Shown: piece by piece, positions 61,522-64,000 of the stretch
Numbering within the stretch: the first letter of the stretch is position 1
Layout of the letters: every line of letters starts with the position of its first letter
Source: Candidatus Hydrogenedentota bacterium
Lineage (GTDB): Bacteria; Hydrogenedentota; Hydrogenedentia; Hydrogenedentales; CAITNO01
Reading direction: 5' to 3'
NCBI GenBank assembly: GCA_012730105.1
Contig: JAAYBJ010000284.1
Coordinates: 7,872 to 71,871 of the forward strand
DNA: 64,000 nucleotides
Program-made: the position numbers and the translations under genes
The notes under the pieces: model-generated
The model's input: the letters and a program-made list of their open reading frames with translations, nothing else
Told to the model about the DNA's origin: nothing
Databases searched by the model: none

Positions 61522-62232
61522 TCAGTCCTTTCTTTCGTCAGGGCTTAGTTCCGTGATGGGCGTCAGTAGCACCTTTCGGAACTCCACTTCACTGCCTTCC
61601 GCTTGAATCGCGATCTGGCCTTTGCTTGCGGTGCAGTCGTATCCGTAATTGACCAGGTCCTTGTTGACCCACACCTTGATCTTGTCGCCCAGGGCTTCGA
61701 TTACCATGCGATTCCATTCGCCCAGGGGCTTTTCCGAGCGATCGGTAAGATTTTCAACGCGGCGTTCCTTGCCCTCCGTGATGCCCCAATTCTCTTTGGG
61801 GCCCCGCCGTTTTTCCATGTCATCTACGGTGATATCCTCCACAATACACCAGAAGTCGCCCGCGTTCTTATGTTGCATTTGCACTTCCAGGGACTTGGGG
61901 AACATATCATAGAGGGCGCGGGGTGTGGAAGCATGGACCAGGACGCCACAGTTTCCAGGTTTCCCTGCAAACCGGTATTCAACCTCCAGCCGATAATTTT
62001 CGTATACGGTGTCGGTGATAAGGTGGCCCTTGGGATCGCCCATACTCACCAGATTCCCATCACGGACCACAAAGGAGGGGGTGATGTCTGGATTGTTGTC
62101 CGCATCGGGCACATCGGCATGCCACCCCGTCAGGTCTTTCCCGTTAAAGAGGCGGATCGGCTCTTGGTCCGCAAATGCCGTTACGGTTAAAGCGATGGAT
62201 AGAAGCGTAACAAAAAGACACATGTGCTTCAT
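61522..62232 (-). CDS. Secreted DUF1080-family protein (paralogue of the upstream gene)
   Basis: 236 aa. Signal peptide. FNGKDLTGWH… and …GQIAIQAEGSEVEFRKVLL motifs. Confidence 0.75.
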   Translation of the reverse strand: MKHMCLFVTLLSIALTVTAFADQEPIRLFNGKDLTGWHADVPDADNNPDITPSFVVRDGNLVSMGDPKGHLITDTVYENYRLEVEYRFAGKPGNCGVLVHASTPRALYDMFPKSLEVQMQHKNAGDFWCIVEDITVDDMEKRRGPKENWGITEGKERRVENLTDRSEKPLGEWNRMVIEALGDKIKVWVNKDLVNYGYDCTASKGQIAIQAEGSEVEFRKVLLTPITELSPDERKD

Positions 62233-62713
62233 GGTTCAACCCTTTATTGTTGTGTGACTACGGCTCAGTATAGGGCAATAACGCGTGAATGTGCAATCTG
62301 CCTAATTGCCCCCTGATAAATGTATCCGCAGGCGATTCGTTGCCTCATGTCAGGAAACTGGGTGCCTGTCGTAATCTTACTTTTGACGAAGACCGCTTTA
62401 TCCAATTTCGGCAAGAAATAGCGCGTGAAAAAACGACATTACCCCCACTATTATGACAGCCTAAGCAAAGATATGTTGGCTTGAACCGGCTTATCGACAT
62501 GCAAAGTGTGTTGACAAAAGAGTCCAAGAAATGAGACAAGCAAGGAAGGGTTCTTCGAAGAAGTGAAAGGTGAAGGTGGCGTTGGAGCAATTCCGCCCAG
62601 TTTTCTGGTTTCTGATATACTGCAGTTGAACCAGCAACAACAGCAGCCAGGTTTACGTCAGGTTTCACCTATGTTTGATCTAACGCGGACTATGCACGCA
62701 ACCCATTCACACG

Positions 62714-62793
62714 TCATTGCGAGCGGAGCGAAGCAATCTCATCCGCAAGTAGACTTTTTTATGCTGGGATTGCTTGGCTCCGCTCGCAATGAC
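62714..62793. repeat. Long hairpin: 26-bp stem (GTCATTGCGAGCGGAGCGAAGCAATC / GATTGCTTGGCTCCGCTCGCAATGAC, 25/26 paired) with a 28-nt loop
   Basis: Seen directly in a ~770 bp gene-free stretch. Generates mirror-image small ORFs on both strands (…VIASGAKQSH…SARNDG…), typical of spurious ORFs over repeated palindromes. Confidence 0.6.
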
Positions 62794-63002
62794 GGAATTT
62801 TTGGTCTTTACAATGTTCCACTTCTTGTTTTTTATAGAGGCTGTGAGCCGATAAACTATTAATATGGGGCGGGTTGAACCTTGGCGGAATATTTTGACCC
62901 TACGCGAACACCCCAAGAGTTGGCATACGGTTCGACGGATGGTTGTCCTCGACAAGGTCTTTCCGCCGGGGTTTGCAGGATGTCAGGGAGGATGAAATAT
63001 CA

Positions 63003-64000
63003 ATGAAGACCCAGCGCGCCGATCAGGATTTATATTCCCCGCAAGCAAAAAGTGTCAAGGAGGTCACGATCATTGCCTTGGTACTGGGTGGATTTCTCAG
63101 TGTCCTCATGGCCGCGGCGAATACGTATTTGGGCTTGAAGGCAGGGATGACAGTAAGCGCCTCAATTCCCGCCGCGGTGATCAGCACAGCCATCCTGCGC
63201 GGTATCTTCCGGCGCGGAACGATTCTTGAGAACAATATCGTGCAGACGATGGCGTCGGCGGGAGAGAGCCTGGCGGCGGGCGCAATCTTCACGATCCCCG
63301 CGCTCTTGTTGGTTGGCGCCTGGCAGGAGTTCAAGTTTTGGCCCACCACACTGATCGTTTTGTTGGGCGGGTTGCTTGGCGTCGTGTTCATGGTGCCCTT
63401 GCGCCGTGCCCTGATTGTCGAACGCCCGGAACTGATCTATCCTGAGGGCGTGGCGTGTTCCGAGGTATTAAGAGCCGGCCAGAAAGGGGGGAAAGATATC
63501 CGCCTGATACTTGCCGGACTTGGCCTTGGCGCCCTGTTCAAATTTTTCGTGACGGGACTGCACCTGGTCAAGTCGGTGGTCGAGGGAGCTGTCGGCGTGG
63601 GCCGCTCTGTATTGTATTTTGGTTCGGACATGAGTCTGGCCCTGGTAGCCGTGGGCTACATTGTCCGGCTCCCCATTGCGTCTCTCATATTCCTGGGCGG
63701 TGTCATCGGGTGGGTCATTTCGATTCCGATGCTCGGAGGCCGGGAATCCGATGCGGCCCCGCTCGAAGCCGCCTGGAACCTCTGGTCCACGCAAGTGCGT
63801 TTCATGGGAGTGGGCGCGATGCTCGTCGGCGGCCTGCATTCCATATGGCGCGTCCGCGGCGGCATCTTGTCCGGAGTGACTGCGCTTCACCGTATCGGCG
63901 GCAGCGCCGGTTCGGACGGGACCGAGGAACGGCCCCGCACGGAACGGGACATGCCGCTGACCGCGTTACTGCTGGTGTTTCTGCCCAGCGTTTTCGGCAC
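63003..64000 (+). CDS. OPT-family oligopeptide transporter, truncated by the window edge
   Basis: Open frame from the ATG at 63003 to the window end with no stop; absent from the ORF track because it is incomplete. N-terminus …ANTYLGLKAGMTVSASIPAAVISTAILR…ILENNIVQTMASAGESLAAGAIFTIPAL matches the conserved OPT-family N-terminal TM region. Confidence 0.75.
   Translation, partial: MKTQRADQDLYSPQAKSVKEVTIIALVLGGFLSVLMAAANTYLGLKAGMTVSASIPAAVISTAILRGIFRRGTILENNIVQTMASAGESLAAGAIFTIPALLLVGAWQEFKFWPTTLIVLLGGLLGVVFMVPLRRALIVERPELIYPEGVACSEVLRAGQKGGKDIRLILAGLGLGALFKFFVTGLHLVKSVVEGAVGVGRSVLYFGSDMSLALVAVGYIVRLPIASLIFLGGVIGWVISIPMLGGRESDAAPLEAAWNLWSTQVRFMGVGAMLVGGLHSIWRVRGGILSGVTALHRIGGSAGSDGTEERPRTERDMPLTALLLVFLPSVFG

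Noticed and set aside
62345-63391. Small ORFs 62345..62668(-), 62563..62862(+), 62707..62955(-), 63023..63391(-)
   Set aside because: No RBS or motifs. Two are produced by the palindromic hairpin. 63023..63391 is antisense to the strongly supported OPT transporter frame.

Overview
This is a 64 kb, high-GC, gene-dense stretch of a Gram-negative chromosome. About 95% is coding, with core housekeeping genes interleaved with carbohydrate-active and secreted-protein genes. DUF1080 paralogues, many secreted glycoside hydrolases and an exosortase-type C-terminal anchor point to a PVC-group-like organism; that assignment is an inference only.

Core genes that can be recognised:
- dnaA, a MazG-like pyrophosphohydrolase, gyrB and gyrA
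- gmk-rpoZ-coaBC, dapB, surE, metF and menF-menD
- a fadN/fadA beta-oxidation operon
- tRNA-Asp, tRNA-Arg and tRNA-Glu

Accessory content:
- a tripartite RND efflux operon (outer-membrane factor, membrane-fusion protein, RND permease)
- an orphan pilT
- several large secreted glycoside-hydrolase-like proteins (GH95-like, GH13, DUF1080 x2, two unclassified)
- a sugar-utilisation locus: ABC binding protein and permease, a GH-like protein, a class II aldolase and an L-fucose-isomerase-family protein
- a truncated OPT-family transporter at the right edge

The observations I think matter most:
1. A clear cobalamin riboswitch lies immediately upstream of a secreted beta-propeller + Ig-like protein with an exosortase-type C-terminal anchor. 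This looks like a candidate, so far undescribed, surface B12-capture system.
2. A CsoR/CstR-like repressor with an ATACC-N7-GGTAT operator sits ahead of a four-domain CoA-disulfide-reductase/rhodanese/TusA/DsrE fusion. This is a reactive-sulfur sensing module divergent from gyrB.
3. A periplasmic lipoprotein is a clear homologue of plant violaxanthin de-epoxidase (cysteine-rich N-domain plus lipocalin).
4. A 4-TM membrane protein carries a C-terminal caspase-like His/Cys dyad.
5. A ~180 bp palindromic, repeat-rich element lies between two DUF1080 paralogues, and a 26-bp-stem hairpin sits in a 770 bp gene-free stretch.

No CRISPR array, integrase or transposase was seen.
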